61,912 nucleotides of DNA from a bacterium (GTDB taxonomy: Bacteria; Patescibacteriota; Minisyncoccia; Phycocordibacterales; JABMNX01). Of the stretch, positions 28,131-38,485 are shown in pieces (position 1 is the stretch's first letter; the number at the start of each line of letters is the position of its first letter). The notes beneath the pieces are model-generated. The model ran no database searches and had not been told where the DNA came from. It saw nothing but the letters and a program-made list of their open reading frames with translations. The DNA lies in the NCBI GenBank assembly GCA_002687905.1, contig NZBM01000008.1, forward strand, positions 1-61,912. Direction: 5' to 3'. The translations under genes and the position numbers were made by a program.

Positions 28131-30050
28131 ATGAGCAAAATTTTAGGAATAGATTTAGGTACTACAAACTCCGCAATGGCGGCAGTCGTTAGTGGTGAGT
28201 CAACAATCGTGGAAAATGCAGAAGGTAATCGTACGACTCCTTCTGTAGTTACTGTCTCAAAGACCAATGAGCGTCTCGTAGGAGTCTTAGCGAAGCGCCA
28301 AGCAGTTACAAATCCTAAGAACACAATTTACGGGATTAAGCGTTTTGTTGGCCATCGATTTGATGATAGTGAGGTAACTAAAGACAAAGACACCGTGCCT
28401 TTTGAAATAAAGAAAGGAAGCGATGGAGGAGTACTTGTTAATTTAAGCGATAAAGATCATCGCCCAGAAGAGATCTCAGCAATGGTTCTTCAGAAGATGA
28501 AGAAAGATGCTGAAGCAAAGCTTGGCGAAGAGATAAAGGAAGCTGTTATCACTGTGCCGGCTTACTTTGACGACGCGCAGAGAAAAGCTACTAAGGATGC
28601 GGGGCAGATTGCAGGGCTTGAGGTAAAGAGAATTATAAACGAGCCAACAGCTGCAGCGCTTGCCTACGGTTTTGATAAGAAAAAGAACGAACAGATTGTG
28701 GTTTATGACTTTGGAGGTGGAACTTTTGACGTCTCTGTCCTTGAGGTGGGGGATGACGTTATCGAAGTGAAATCAACTGACGGCGATTCTCACATGGGAG
28801 GCCGCGATATTGACCAAAAAATCATTAAGTGGATTGCAGAGGAATTTAAGAAAGAAAGCGGTATTGATATTACCGGCGACCCTCTTGCACTTCAGCGCCT
28901 TGATGAGGCGGCAGAGAAGGCAAAAATAGAGCTATCAACCGCAGCGGAGAGCGAGATTAACATTCCATTTATAACGTCTGACGCAAGTGGGCCAAAGCAT
29001 CTTCTCCTAAAGCTCACACGAGCGACTCTTGAGGAGCTTGCAGGTGAGTTTATAGACAAGTCTGTTGAGATCACAAAAAGAGCTATAGAGGCATCTCCAT
29101 TTTCAGTCTCTGACATAGATGAGGTGATTCTTGTTGGTGGACAGACCCGTATGCCGCTTATAACAGAGAAAGCAAAAGAGCTATTCGGAATGGAACCAAA
29201 CAAATCAATTAACCCGGATGAAGTGGTGGCGCTTGGAGCTGCAATTCAGGCAGGAATCCTTCAGGGAGACGTAAAAGACGTACTTCTTCTTGATGTTATT
29301 CCACTATCGCTTGGTCTTGAGACACTCGGTGGTGTAGCAACAAAGCTCATTGAAAGGAATACCACTATTCCGACTTCTAAATCACAGGTCTTCTCAACTG
29401 CAGCAGACAATCAGACATCAGTTGAGGTACACGTCGTACAGGGGGAGCGTTCAATGTCAGCGGACAATAAGAGTTTAGGGCGATTTATTCTAGACGGTAT
29501 TCCGCCTGCACCGCGTGGTATGCCACAAGTGGAAGTATCATTTGATATAGATGCAAATGGAATTCTAAATGTAAAGGCTAAAGACAAGTCCTCTGGTAAG
29601 GAGCAGTCAATTAAAATTGAGGCAAGCTCAGGCCTTACGGATGAAGACATTGAAAAGATGAAAAAAGATGCAGAGACTCATGCTGATGAGGACAAGAAAA
29701 AGACTGAGCTCATTGAGGCGAAAAATCTTGCAGAGCAGCTTGCATACACTGCAGAGAAAGCGCTTAAAGACGCAGGAGATAAAGTGCCTGCTGATATAAA
29801 GAGTGATGTGGAGGATAAAGTAAAAGCACTGCGAGAGGCAAAAGATAAGGATGACCTAGAGGCAATTAAAAGCGCGATTGAAGCACTATCTGCTTCAATG
29901 CAGAAAATAGGAGAGACAATGGCAAAATCGCAAGAGGCGCAGGGTGGCGAGCAAAATCCACAAGCCGGCGGAGAAGGAGAAGGTGAAGTACGAGATGCTG
30001 ATTTTACCGAAGAGAAAAAGGAGGATAAAGGGGAAGAGGACAAAAATTGA
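28131..30050 (+). CDS. dnaK: molecular chaperone DnaK (Hsp70)
   Basis: [30 protein letters not shown] signatures. Confidence 0.97.
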   Translation: MSKILGIDLGTTNSAMAAVVSGESTIVENAEGNRTTPSVVTVSKTNERLVGVLAKRQAVTNPKNTIYGIKRFVGHRFDDSEVTKDKDTVPFEIKKGSDGGVLVNLSDKDHRPEEISAMVLQKMKKDAEAKLGEEIKEAVITVPAYFDDAQRKATKDAGQIAGLEVKRIINEPTAAALAYGFDKKKNEQIVVYDFGGGTFDVSVLEVGDDVIEVKSTDGDSHMGGRDIDQKIIKWIAEEFKKESGIDITGDPLALQRLDEAAEKAKIELSTAAESEINIPFITSDASGPKHLLLKLTRATLEELAGEFIDKSVEITKRAIEASPFSVSDIDEVILVGGQTRMPLITEKAKELFGMEPNKSINPDEVVALGAAIQAGILQGDVKDVLLLDVIPLSLGLETLGGVATKLIERNTTIPTSKSQVFSTAADNQTSVEVHVVQGERSMSADNKSLGRFILDGIPPAPRGMPQVEVSFDIDANGILNVKAKDKSSGKEQSIKIEASSGLTDEDIEKMKKDAETHADEDKKKTELIEAKNLAEQLAYTAEKALKDAGDKVPADIKSDVEDKVKALREAKDKDDLEAIKSAIEALSASMQKIGETMAKSQEAQGGEQNPQAGGEGEGEVRDADFTEEKKEDKGEEDKN

Positions 30051-30080
30051 TTTTATCGAAGTTAGGCGTAAAATAGTGCC

Positions 30081-31148
30081 ATGCCACATAAGGACTACTA
30101 CGAAATACTCGGGGTGGATAAAAAGGCAAGCAAAGAAGATATAAAGAAAGCGTTTAGAAAGCTTGCGCACCAATATCATCCAGATAAAAAAGATGGGAAT
30201 GAAGCTCGCTTTAAAGAGGCTAGTGATGCCTATTCAGTACTCTCTGACGATAAGAAAAGAGCAGAGTACGACGCATACGGCCGCGTCTTTTCTGGAGCTG
30301 GCGGTGCACAAGGCGGAGCCGGTTTTGATGGTTTTGATTTCTCCGGCTTTCAGCAGGGAGGCTTTGAGGACTTTGATATAGGGGACATTTTTGGAGACAT
30401 TTTTGGCGGCGGAAGAGAAAGACAAAGACGCGGCCGCGATATTTCAATTGATTTAACGATTTCATTTAAGGATTCAGTTTTTGGTATTGAACGAAAGATT
30501 TTAGTAACCAAGACCTCAAATTGTGAGGTTTGCGAAGGCTCAGGAGCAGAGTCGGGCTCCGAAATGGAAAGTTGTAATGCATGTAATGGCAAAGGGCAAA
30601 TTCATGAGACACGAAGCTCGCTTCTTGGCACATTTACAAGTGTCCGAACCTGCACCACCTGTGGTGGTGCGGGCAAAGTGCCTAAAGTAAAGTGCAAGAG
30701 CTGCAAGGGCCACGGCGTGCTAAGGAAAGAGCAGGAGATTGCTGTTGCAATTCCAGCTGGAATAAACGACGGCGAGATGATCCGCCTTACTGGCGCAGGA
30801 GAGGCGCTTAAAGGAGCGGTATCGGGCGACCTCTATATTAAGATTCACGTTGAGCCACATGAGCGGTTTAGAAAAGAGGGAAACAATCTCGTAACCGAGC
30901 TTTCAGTAAAGCTCTCTGATGCACTCCTTGGAAGCGATTACTCGCTTGAGACACTAGAAGGCGCAATTACCGTTAAAGTGCCAGCAGGAGTTTCAGTGGG
31001 GGAGATTCTTCGCGTACGTGGTAAGGGTATTCCGAACCGAGCCGGTGTGCGAGGAGATCTCTTAATAAAGATCAAAGTTCCACTTCCAAAGAAGCTATCG
31101 CGCTCTGCTAAAAAGAAAGTAGAAGAACTCCGCGAGGAGGGGATATAG
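30081..31148 (+). CDS. dnaJ: molecular chaperone DnaJ
   Basis: J domain with HPD, G/F region, four CxxCxG zinc-finger repeats. Confidence 0.95.
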   Translation: MPHKDYYEILGVDKKASKEDIKKAFRKLAHQYHPDKKDGNEARFKEASDAYSVLSDDKKRAEYDAYGRVFSGAGGAQGGAGFDGFDFSGFQQGGFEDFDIGDIFGDIFGGGRERQRRGRDISIDLTISFKDSVFGIERKILVTKTSNCEVCEGSGAESGSEMESCNACNGKGQIHETRSSLLGTFTSVRTCTTCGGAGKVPKVKCKSCKGHGVLRKEQEIAVAIPAGINDGEMIRLTGAGEALKGAVSGDLYIKIHVEPHERFRKEGNNLVTELSVKLSDALLGSDYSLETLEGAITVKVPAGVSVGEILRVRGKGIPNRAGVRGDLLIKIKVPLPKKLSRSAKKKVEELREEGI

Positions 31149-31162
31149 CCGGATATACTAAA

Positions 31163-31429
31163 ATGAATTTTCGCGAGTACTTCCAAAGTAAAGATTTAAA
31201 GAAAACTCCGAATGTAGGCTTGCATTACGAACAAAAATTTACCCCCGATCTGCTTTGGAGTGTGGCACATACAGTCCTGGATTTTACAAATGATGACACT
31301 GAGAAAGTCTTTGAAGACAAAGACATTCGAGAATCACAGATATTTGGAGCATCATCCGGGCCCTCATGGCAGGTGATCTCGCCAGGGATGGCAACATATG
31401 CGTCGCCGCCGTCCAACTTGCCGAGATAG
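31163..31429 (+). pseudogene. N-terminal gene fragment running into a GC-rich foreign-looking patch
   Basis: The first ~58 codons have host-like AT-rich composition (MNFREYFQSKDLKK...). Composition switches abruptly near 31335 and the frame ends at 31429. Confidence 0.3.
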
Positions 31430-31647
31430 GGTCCCAGCACTTCGTCTGTCTCTCCTGCAGGAATCTGAACGTCCTCGCCACAGCCGTGCCTGAGATGCCA
31501 GCCGAAGGCGAACACGGAGTAGCTTGTGTTATTGTAATGCGCATTTCACCGCTCCCAATCCAAGATTAATCAATGTTCTTTCAGGGGCGACTATAACAAA
31601 GCTATAGTCTTTAAGCAACAGCATATTTCTGGTATTATTTTGCCCAT

Positions 31648-32601
31648 ATGGCAAGTAAAAAACGCCTTGTTTCAGGCATAAAACCGACGGGCGATCTACA
31701 TCTGGGGAACTATTTTGGCGCCATGCGCCAGTTTCTTGATTATCAGGAGGAGTATGAAAGTCATTTATTCATAGCCGATTATCACGCGCTCACTACAGCG
31801 TATGAGCCAGAGAAACTCCGAGAAAGCATTTACAGGGTAGCGGCAGGGTATATTGCAATTGGTATTGATCCTAAAAAAGTAACGCTCTATAAGCAGTCCG
31901 ATATCTCCGAGCACTCAGAGCTTGCATGGGTCTTCAACTGTATTACAACAATGCCGTTTTTAATGCGTGCACACGCATTTAAGGACGCAGAGGCAAAGAA
32001 TAAAGAAATTTCAGTCGGAACATTTGACTATCCAATGCTCATGGCCGCTGACATTTTAATCTACGGAGCCGATGTGGTGCCGGTAGGGAAAGACCAACAA
32101 CAGCACATAGAAATTGCGCGGGATACTGCAGAGAAGTTCAATAGTCGCTATGGGCAAACTTTCAAGCTCCCAGAAGCGCTCATTCGCGAAGAAGTTGCTA
32201 CTGTGCCTGGAGTAGATGGCCAGAAGATGAGCAAGAGCTACAAAAATACCATTCCACTTTTTGGTTCAAAGGACGAGGTGGCAAATGCGGTGATGGGAAT
32301 TGTGACGGATTCTGACGGAGAGTTTCCAGAGTATGTATATGAAATTCACAAACTCTTTAGAGGAGAAGATGAGTTAAAACCACTCTACGGAGAAAATAAG
32401 AGCAATTACAAAGCCCTTAAAGAAGCGTTAATAGCGGACGCGGAAAAGGTGCTTTCACCAATGAGAGAAAAATACAATGCATTACTTTCAGACAAAGCGG
32501 AGCTTGAAAAAACTCTCGTCGCGGGCTCTGAGAAAGTGAAAGAACTAGCAAGCGAGAAAATGATGGACGTACGAAAGAAGGTTGGAGTTTCTCTTAATTA
32601 A
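31648..32601 (+). CDS. trpS: tryptophanyl-tRNA synthetase
   Basis: GIKPTGDLHLGNY (HIGH variant typical of TrpRS), KMSKSY. Confidence 0.93.
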   Translation: MASKKRLVSGIKPTGDLHLGNYFGAMRQFLDYQEEYESHLFIADYHALTTAYEPEKLRESIYRVAAGYIAIGIDPKKVTLYKQSDISEHSELAWVFNCITTMPFLMRAHAFKDAEAKNKEISVGTFDYPMLMAADILIYGADVVPVGKDQQQHIEIARDTAEKFNSRYGQTFKLPEALIREEVATVPGVDGQKMSKSYKNTIPLFGSKDEVANAVMGIVTDSDGEFPEYVYEIHKLFRGEDELKPLYGENKSNYKALKEALIADAEKVLSPMREKYNALLSDKAELEKTLVAGSEKVKELASEKMMDVRKKVGVSLN

Positions 32602-32612
32602 TACTGATTAAT

Positions 32613-33938
32613 ATGGATAGAACCGCAATAGGCGAGCTAAATGAAAAAGTTGGAAGCGAAGTTAGAGTCGCTGGCTCTGTTTCTGTGCGTCGTGATCATG
32701 GCAAACTTATTTTCTTTGATCTTCGTGACCAGAGTGGCACAGTGCAAGCTGTAGTAACGCCAAAAGTAGATGCTCACAAAGTCGCAAGTGAAATGAGGCC
32801 TGAATGGGCGGTGCGAGTAGGGGGAGTAGTAAACAAAAGACCGGACAATATGGTAAATAGCGAGATTCCGCTTGGCGACATAGAACTTGAGGTAAAGGAG
32901 ATAGAAGTGCTTGGGCGCGCTCAAGAGCTTCCTTTTGATACTGATGCAGAATTAAATATTGACACTCATCTTGATTATTTACCGCTAACACTTAGAACTA
33001 AAAAAAGCCGAGCAATTTTTAAGGTGCAGTCAGAAATCGCATATGCTTTTAGAGACTCATTAAAAAAGTGCGGATTTACTGAATTTCAGGCGCCGAAAAT
33101 AATTGGAGAAGACGCAGAAGGCGGGGCCTCTGTTTTTGAGGTTGAATATTTTGATAACAAGGCAAATCTCGCGCAGAGTCCGCAATTCTACAAACAGATT
33201 ATGGTGGGTGTCTTTGAGAAAGTTTTTTCTGTTGGCTCTGTATTTCGGGCGGAGAAGCATAAGACAACAAGACATTTAAACGAATACACAAGCCTTGATA
33301 TAGAGATGGGCTACATTGAAGACCACACTGATGTGATGAAATTTACCAGTGGCCTTATGCGCGTTATAAATGAGCATCTCAAGGAGACGTGCAAAGAGGA
33401 GTTTGAGCTTCTTGGCGCAGAGTTTCCGAGTATTCCTGAGGAAATACCATACATGAAATTACGTGAAGCTCAGGAGCTAATAAAGGCAGAGTTTGGTGAA
33501 GACGGAGTTGGAGCGCCTGACCTTGAACCACAGCATGAAAGGATGATTTCAGAGTATGCAAAAAACCAATTTGATTCTGATTTTGTATTCGTAACTCATT
33601 TTCCAACATCAAAAAGGCCGATGTATACGTATCCTGACGAGGAAGATCCAACTTATACAAAAGGGTTTGACTTACTTTTTAGAGGACTTGAGATTCTTAC
33701 CGGAAGCCAGCGAATTCACGACTATGATCAGCTAGTTGAAAGCATGAAGAAAAAAGGGTTAGTCCCGGAGAAATTCTCCTTCTATTTGCAAGCATTTAAG
33801 TACGGAATGCCTCCGCATGGGGGATTTGGAATGGGTCTTGAAAGACTAACAGCACGTTTCTTAGGATTAGATAATGTAAAGGAAGCTACGCTTTTCCCGA
33901 GGGAGATTAATAGAATAGACACGCTACTATCTGAATAA
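32613..33938 (+). CDS. aspS: aspartyl-tRNA synthetase, archaeal/type-2 short form
   Basis: OB-fold N-terminus, FRAEKHKTTRHLNEYTSLDIEM (motif 2), GGFGMGLERL (motif 3), 441 aa. Confidence 0.85.
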   Translation: MDRTAIGELNEKVGSEVRVAGSVSVRRDHGKLIFFDLRDQSGTVQAVVTPKVDAHKVASEMRPEWAVRVGGVVNKRPDNMVNSEIPLGDIELEVKEIEVLGRAQELPFDTDAELNIDTHLDYLPLTLRTKKSRAIFKVQSEIAYAFRDSLKKCGFTEFQAPKIIGEDAEGGASVFEVEYFDNKANLAQSPQFYKQIMVGVFEKVFSVGSVFRAEKHKTTRHLNEYTSLDIEMGYIEDHTDVMKFTSGLMRVINEHLKETCKEEFELLGAEFPSIPEEIPYMKLREAQELIKAEFGEDGVGAPDLEPQHERMISEYAKNQFDSDFVFVTHFPTSKRPMYTYPDEEDPTYTKGFDLLFRGLEILTGSQRIHDYDQLVESMKKKGLVPEKFSFYLQAFKYGMPPHGGFGMGLERLTARFLGLDNVKEATLFPREINRIDTLLSE

Positions 33939-33995
33939 TATGAGAATAGAGTTCAATGAGGATAAGGACCACAACAAAGCTATCAAGATTAGAAA

Positions 33996-34718
33996 ATGAA
34001 CGCATACGTTGTAAAAACAGACGTCTTTGAAGGGCCTTTAGACTTACTCCTTCAGTTGATAGAGAAGCGAAAGCTTTTTATTAATGATGTGTCTCTGGCT
34101 ACAGTTACAGACGATTACCTCTCTTACGTAGAGTCACAAAAGAAATCAGTAGGGCAAACCGCTAATTTTGTTTTAGTAGCATCTACTCTTCTTTTAATAA
34201 AGTCCAAGTCGCTTCTTCCAGTACTTGAGTTAACCGAGGAAGAGGAGCAGAGTATCGAAGATCTTGAAAGAAGGCTAAAGCTCTATAAACATTTTAGAGA
34301 ATTATCAAGAAACTTGGGTGATCGTTTTGGCAAAAATATTCTCCACTCTGGTGGAGAGAAAAGAGTCCAAGAAGTTTCTTTTGCGCCGGGAAATGATATC
34401 TCAATAAAGTCACTGAGAGAATCCATTGAGGAGGTTATCTCGTTGTTACCTAAGAAAACTTTCATTCCAGAGACAGTAGTGAAGAAAGTAGTAAGTCTTG
34501 AGGAGATGATAGAAAAATTGGCAGACAGAGTTACAAGGGCGATATCTACAAGTTTTAAAGAATTTGCAGGTCTAGAGAAAGGTGATAAGTCTGACATTGT
34601 AGTTAGTTTTCTAGCAATGCTTGAGCTTGTAAAGCAAGGAGCTATTAATGTAAGACAATCCGGTCGATTTTATGACATAACAATGGAGTCAGACGAAGTT
34701 TCCGTGCCTAAGTACTAA
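33996..34718 (+). CDS. scpA: segregation and condensation protein A
   Basis: FEGPLDLLLQLIEKRKL N-terminus; followed by scpB. Confidence 0.85.
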   Translation: MNAYVVKTDVFEGPLDLLLQLIEKRKLFINDVSLATVTDDYLSYVESQKKSVGQTANFVLVASTLLLIKSKSLLPVLELTEEEEQSIEDLERRLKLYKHFRELSRNLGDRFGKNILHSGGEKRVQEVSFAPGNDISIKSLRESIEEVISLLPKKTFIPETVVKKVVSLEEMIEKLADRVTRAISTSFKEFAGLEKGDKSDIVVSFLAMLELVKQGAINVRQSGRFYDITMESDEVSVPKY

Positions 34719-34719
34719 T

Positions 34720-35286
34720 ATGGAATTAGAACAGAAACTTGAAGCAGTGTTATTTTTTAAAGGCGAACCTATGAAAGTAGATGAGCTTTCTGAGATTTTA
34801 GAAGTGTCTGACGTAAATATAAGGGAAGCCGCAAACAAATTAAGAGAGTCTTTAAAGGGACGAGGGCTTGTATTGGTGGAGAAAGAAAAAGCATATGCGC
34901 TAAGAACTTCAAGCGAAGTTTCTGAAATTATTGCTAAGATAAAAGAAGAAGAGCTAACAAGGGAAATTGGAAAAGCGGGTCTTGAGACCATATCGGTACT
35001 TCTTTACAAGGGTCCGTCAACGAGAGCAGAAATTGACTACATCAGAGGAGTTAATTCTACTTTCATACTGCGCACCCTTATGATACGGGGACTCGTTGAA
35101 AGAGTTAGCAATCCAAAGGATGCCCGCAGTTTTCTCTACAAACCGACTTTTGACCTACTCACTTTTCTTGGTATAAGTAGAATTGAAGAGTTGCCAAATT
35201 ATGCAGATATTAAGCTAGAAATAGAGAATTTTGAGGATAGATTAGACGAAGAAACAGAAAATGGAGAACACACCCACACAGCTTAG
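34720..35286 (+). CDS. scpB: segregation and condensation protein B
   Basis: LEAVLFFKGEPM...GLETISVLLYKGPSTRAEIDYIRGV winged-helix repeats. Confidence 0.85.
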   Translation: MELEQKLEAVLFFKGEPMKVDELSEILEVSDVNIREAANKLRESLKGRGLVLVEKEKAYALRTSSEVSEIIAKIKEEELTREIGKAGLETISVLLYKGPSTRAEIDYIRGVNSTFILRTLMIRGLVERVSNPKDARSFLYKPTFDLLTFLGISRIEELPNYADIKLEIENFEDRLDEETENGEHTHTA

Positions 35287-36208
35287 CGAAAGAGACTCAA
35301 CAGTGTTGAGCATAATGCTATTAGTAGGAGTAATAGGGCTTTTAGGTTTGACTCTTGATAAATATGGTGGCAGTAGGGTTGAGGTTGTAATAAAAGAACC
35401 AGTAGCAACTCCAAGTCCTTTTGCTGAAATTGAGCTTGAGGCAAGCGCGGCCTACGTATTTGACGTAAACAAGGAAGAAGCGCTATTTAGCAAAAATTCC
35501 GAGACACAACTTCCATTGGCGTCACTAACAAAAATAATGACAGCACTTGTTGCTTACGAGAGTGCTCCAGTTGATTCTGTAATTGCGATTGAAAAAGAAT
35601 CAATTGATATAGAGGGGGATAGCGGACTTAGTGAGGGCGATAATTGGCTCTTGTCTGATTTGCTTGGCTTCACACTTTTGGTCTCTTCAAATGACGGGGC
35701 GCACGCCGTAGCAAGTGCGGTAGAGTCTATTCCAAGTGACTTTGAGGATGAGGCCGAGGAGGAAACCTCTTTTATAGACAGAATGAACTCAAGAGCGAGC
35801 GAGCTTGGTCTTGTTCAAACTTATTTCATAAATGAAACCGGACTTGATCCAAACTTATCAATAAGTGGTGGGTATGGTTCTGCAAGAGATACTGTAGAGC
35901 TCTTCAGGCGGGCTATTTCAATTGCGCCGGAATTGCTTGAAGATACGGCATATAGTGAAGTTGAGTATAGTAATGGAGGAGAGGAAATGCTTGTTGCCGA
36001 GAATACAAATGAGGCAGTCAACAGCATCCCGGGATTAATTGCCTCAAAGACCGGATTTACAGATCTTGCAGGCGGCAACTTGGTGATTGCTTTTGATTCA
36101 GGGCTAAATCATCCAATAATAATTACTGTTCTAGGCTCAAGCATCGACGGTAGGTTTAGTGATGTGAATAAGCTAGTTTCAGCAAGTATTAAAGCGGTTG
36201 GACGATAG
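35261..36208 (+). CDS. D-alanyl-D-alanine carboxypeptidase (S11 family PBP)
   Basis: SLTKIM (SxxK), SSNDGA (SxN), SKTGFT (KTG). Confidence 0.78.
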   Translation: MENTPTQLSERDSTVLSIMLLVGVIGLLGLTLDKYGGSRVEVVIKEPVATPSPFAEIELEASAAYVFDVNKEEALFSKNSETQLPLASLTKIMTALVAYESAPVDSVIAIEKESIDIEGDSGLSEGDNWLLSDLLGFTLLVSSNDGAHAVASAVESIPSDFEDEAEEETSFIDRMNSRASELGLVQTYFINETGLDPNLSISGGYGSARDTVELFRRAISIAPELLEDTAYSEVEYSNGGEEMLVAENTNEAVNSIPGLIASKTGFTDLAGGNLVIAFDSGLNHPIIITVLGSSIDGRFSDVNKLVSASIKAVGR

Positions 36209-36213
36209 AAAAT

Positions 36214-37272
36214 ATGGTTATAGATATAGTAAAAGTTATAGTGCCGGCTGCTTCGGCATTTTTCATTGGTATAGCCATTACACCGCTTCTTACGCATTAT
36301 TTATATAAATATAAAGCTTGGAAGAGCACGCCCGGAAAAGTAGCCCTAGACGGAAAGGAAGCTGTTGAATTTAATAAGATTCACAAAGAAAGAGAGGGAC
36401 ACACTCCCAGAATGGGAGGGATTGTGATTTGGGGAAGCGTAGTAATAACGACACTAGCCGTTTGGGGGGTTTCTAAATTTTTTCCAACAGAGACTACTAC
36501 TAAATTAGATTTTTTAAGTAGGGACCAGACTTGGATCCCGCTTTTCACTCTTGTATTTGGCGGGGTGGTCGGTTTTGTTAATGACGTTCTTGATATACGT
36601 GGCAAGACAAATGGGTTAGCTCTATCAAAAAGACTATTGGCAATTACCGCAATGGCGACATTTATTGGTTGGTGGTTTTTTGAGAAGCTTGAGATTACCG
36701 CCGTTGGGATTCCTTTTGATGGGGCAATTGATATAGGACTTCTTATAATTCCATTTTTTGTTCTCACAGTTCTGGCACTTTATGCAAGCGGAGTGATAGA
36801 TGGCATAGACGGACTTTCTGGAGGCGTCTTTGTAACGATTTTTCTAGCGTACGCTGGAATCGCCTTTTATCAACAACAGATAAACCTAGCGGCATTTTCT
36901 GCTACTGTTGCAGGTGCAATTCTTGCATTTCTTTGGTTTAATATCCCGCCGGCTAGATTTTGGATGACTGAGACCGGCACAATGAGTCTTACACTCACAA
37001 TTGTCGTAATAGCTTTCATGACAGATAGCCTAGGAGGAGGCTACGGAATAGCCGTGCTTCCAATAATTGCATTTCTTCTTGTTGCAACAGTTGCTTCTGT
37101 GATAATTCAAACTCTCTCAAAGAAATTTAGAGGAAAGAAGGTATTTAAGGTGGCACCGCTCCATCATCATTTTGAAGCAATAGGGTGGCCTGGATATAAA
37201 GTGACGATGCGATACTGGATTCTAAGCATCGTATTTGCGCTCCTAGGGGGTATTATTGCCCTAGCGGGATGA
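36214..37272 (+). CDS. mraY: phospho-N-acetylmuramoyl-pentapeptide transferase
   Basis: TPRMGG, NDVLD/DGIDGL, APLHHHFE motifs. Confidence 0.93.
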   Translation: MVIDIVKVIVPAASAFFIGIAITPLLTHYLYKYKAWKSTPGKVALDGKEAVEFNKIHKEREGHTPRMGGIVIWGSVVITTLAVWGVSKFFPTETTTKLDFLSRDQTWIPLFTLVFGGVVGFVNDVLDIRGKTNGLALSKRLLAITAMATFIGWWFFEKLEITAVGIPFDGAIDIGLLIIPFFVLTVLALYASGVIDGIDGLSGGVFVTIFLAYAGIAFYQQQINLAAFSATVAGAILAFLWFNIPPARFWMTETGTMSLTLTIVVIAFMTDSLGGGYGIAVLPIIAFLLVATVASVIIQTLSKKFRGKKVFKVAPLHHHFEAIGWPGYKVTMRYWILSIVFALLGGIIALAG

Positions 37273-37398
37273 ATCCCGTTGGAGGTTGTAAAGGGTGGTT
37301 AATGACATAACGTATATATGGTAATGCACATTAAGAAAGTAAATTTTACTGGAGTAACAAACGGGAGTGGCTGAGCAGCTTCTTACCTCTAACGGGAT
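37273..37398 (+). repeat. inverted-repeat element copy B (126 nt, 14-bp terminal stem) between mraY and ftsW
   Basis: 37273-37286 ATCCCGTTGGAGGT pairs with 37385-37398 ACCTCTAACGGGAT (one G-U); flanked by direct ATGAA at 37269-37273 and 37397-37401. Confidence 0.75.
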
Positions 37399-38485
37399 GA
37401 AAATAGATAGGACACTCTTAATAATTACGATAACCCTGGTTGTAGCAGGTTTTTTTATATTTACCTCCGCCTCATTAGGGCTTCTTGCAAGGGAAGGAGC
37501 TAGGTTTTCTTCGGTGGCATTTAATCAGATATTTCTAGGTATGTTATTGGGGTCGGCCATTCTTTTTTTGACTTCACGTATTCGCTATAGAAAATGGAGA
37601 AAATATGCATTTGTGCTTTTCATAACTTCAATAGCCACAGCACTACTTGTATTCGTTCCCGGTTTAGGACTTGAGGCAGGTGGTGCTAAAAGGTGGATTC
37701 TTTTTGGTCCAGTGTCATTTCAACCTGCCGAGTTTTTAAAGATTGCGTACGTAATTTACTTAGCAGCGTACCTAACAGGAAATCGCTCTCAGACTACGAG
37801 AATCACGCACGGACTACTTCCTTTCCTTGGTATTACTGCGGCCGCTGCAATTCCTCTTATTCTTCAGCCTGATACAGGAACTCTACTTGTAATACTTTCA
37901 GCTGGGACTGCTATGTTTATCGCGGCCGGAGCGAGAGCAAGAGATGTTCTAACGATAGCTGCTGTACCAGTTATTGGAATAACAATCCTTGCGGCTATAA
38001 GACCATATGTTCGTGAAAGACTTCTTACTTTTTTCAATCCTGCTACTGATCCTTTAGGCTCAAGCTATCAGATACAGCAATCACTAATATCTATTGGTTC
38101 CGGTCAATGGTCTGGGCGAGGTTTTGGTCAGAGCGTACAGAAATTCAACTTTCTGCCAGAGCCGATAGGAGATTCTATTTTTGCGGTATTTTCAGAGGAA
38201 TTCGGTTTTATAGGCGCAAGTCTATTAATTGCTCTTTTCCTGGCTTTTGCCTTTAGGGGCTTAAAAATAGCCTCTCAAGCGCCAGATTACTTTGGTGGAC
38301 TGCTTGTCGTGGGGATTGTTATACTAATTGTGTCACAGTCGTTTATAAATATAGCCTCAATGTTAGCAGTTCTTCCGCTTACGGGGCTACCACTAGTCTT
38401 TATCAGTCACGGTGGCACAGCGCTTTTATTTGCTCTGGCAAGTATTGGAATAGTGCTGAATGTTTCAAAATATAGAAAATCATGA
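37397..38485 (+). CDS. ftsW: peptidoglycan glycosyltransferase FtsW/RodA (SEDS family)
   Basis: 10-TM SEDS pattern, QPAEFLKI, PDTGT, LPEPIGDSIFA, GLPLVFISHGG. ATG 37397 preferred; GTG 37367 is the alternative. Confidence 0.85.
   Translation: MKIDRTLLIITITLVVAGFFIFTSASLGLLAREGARFSSVAFNQIFLGMLLGSAILFLTSRIRYRKWRKYAFVLFITSIATALLVFVPGLGLEAGGAKRWILFGPVSFQPAEFLKIAYVIYLAAYLTGNRSQTTRITHGLLPFLGITAAAAIPLILQPDTGTLLVILSAGTAMFIAAGARARDVLTIAAVPVIGITILAAIRPYVRERLLTFFNPATDPLGSSYQIQQSLISIGSGQWSGRGFGQSVQKFNFLPEPIGDSIFAVFSEEFGFIGASLLIALFLAFAFRGLKIASQAPDYFGGLLVVGIVILIVSQSFINIASMLAVLPLTGLPLVFISHGGTALLFALASIGIVLNVSKYRKS

Noticed and set aside
29678-30043. 121-aa minus-strand ORF inside dnaK. Similar shadow ORFs lie inside ychF, leuS, alaS, the P-type ATPase, the antiporter, the recombinase and others.
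   Set aside because: They lie fully antisense to genes with unmistakable conserved motifs and have low-complexity Ser/Pro/Arg-rich translations. These are typical shadow ORFs.
31225-31569. Three overlapping ORFs (two minus, one plus) in the GC-rich patch after dnaJ
   Set aside because: All frames are open because of composition. None has a credible start. They are reported only as a foreign-looking fragment, not as genes.
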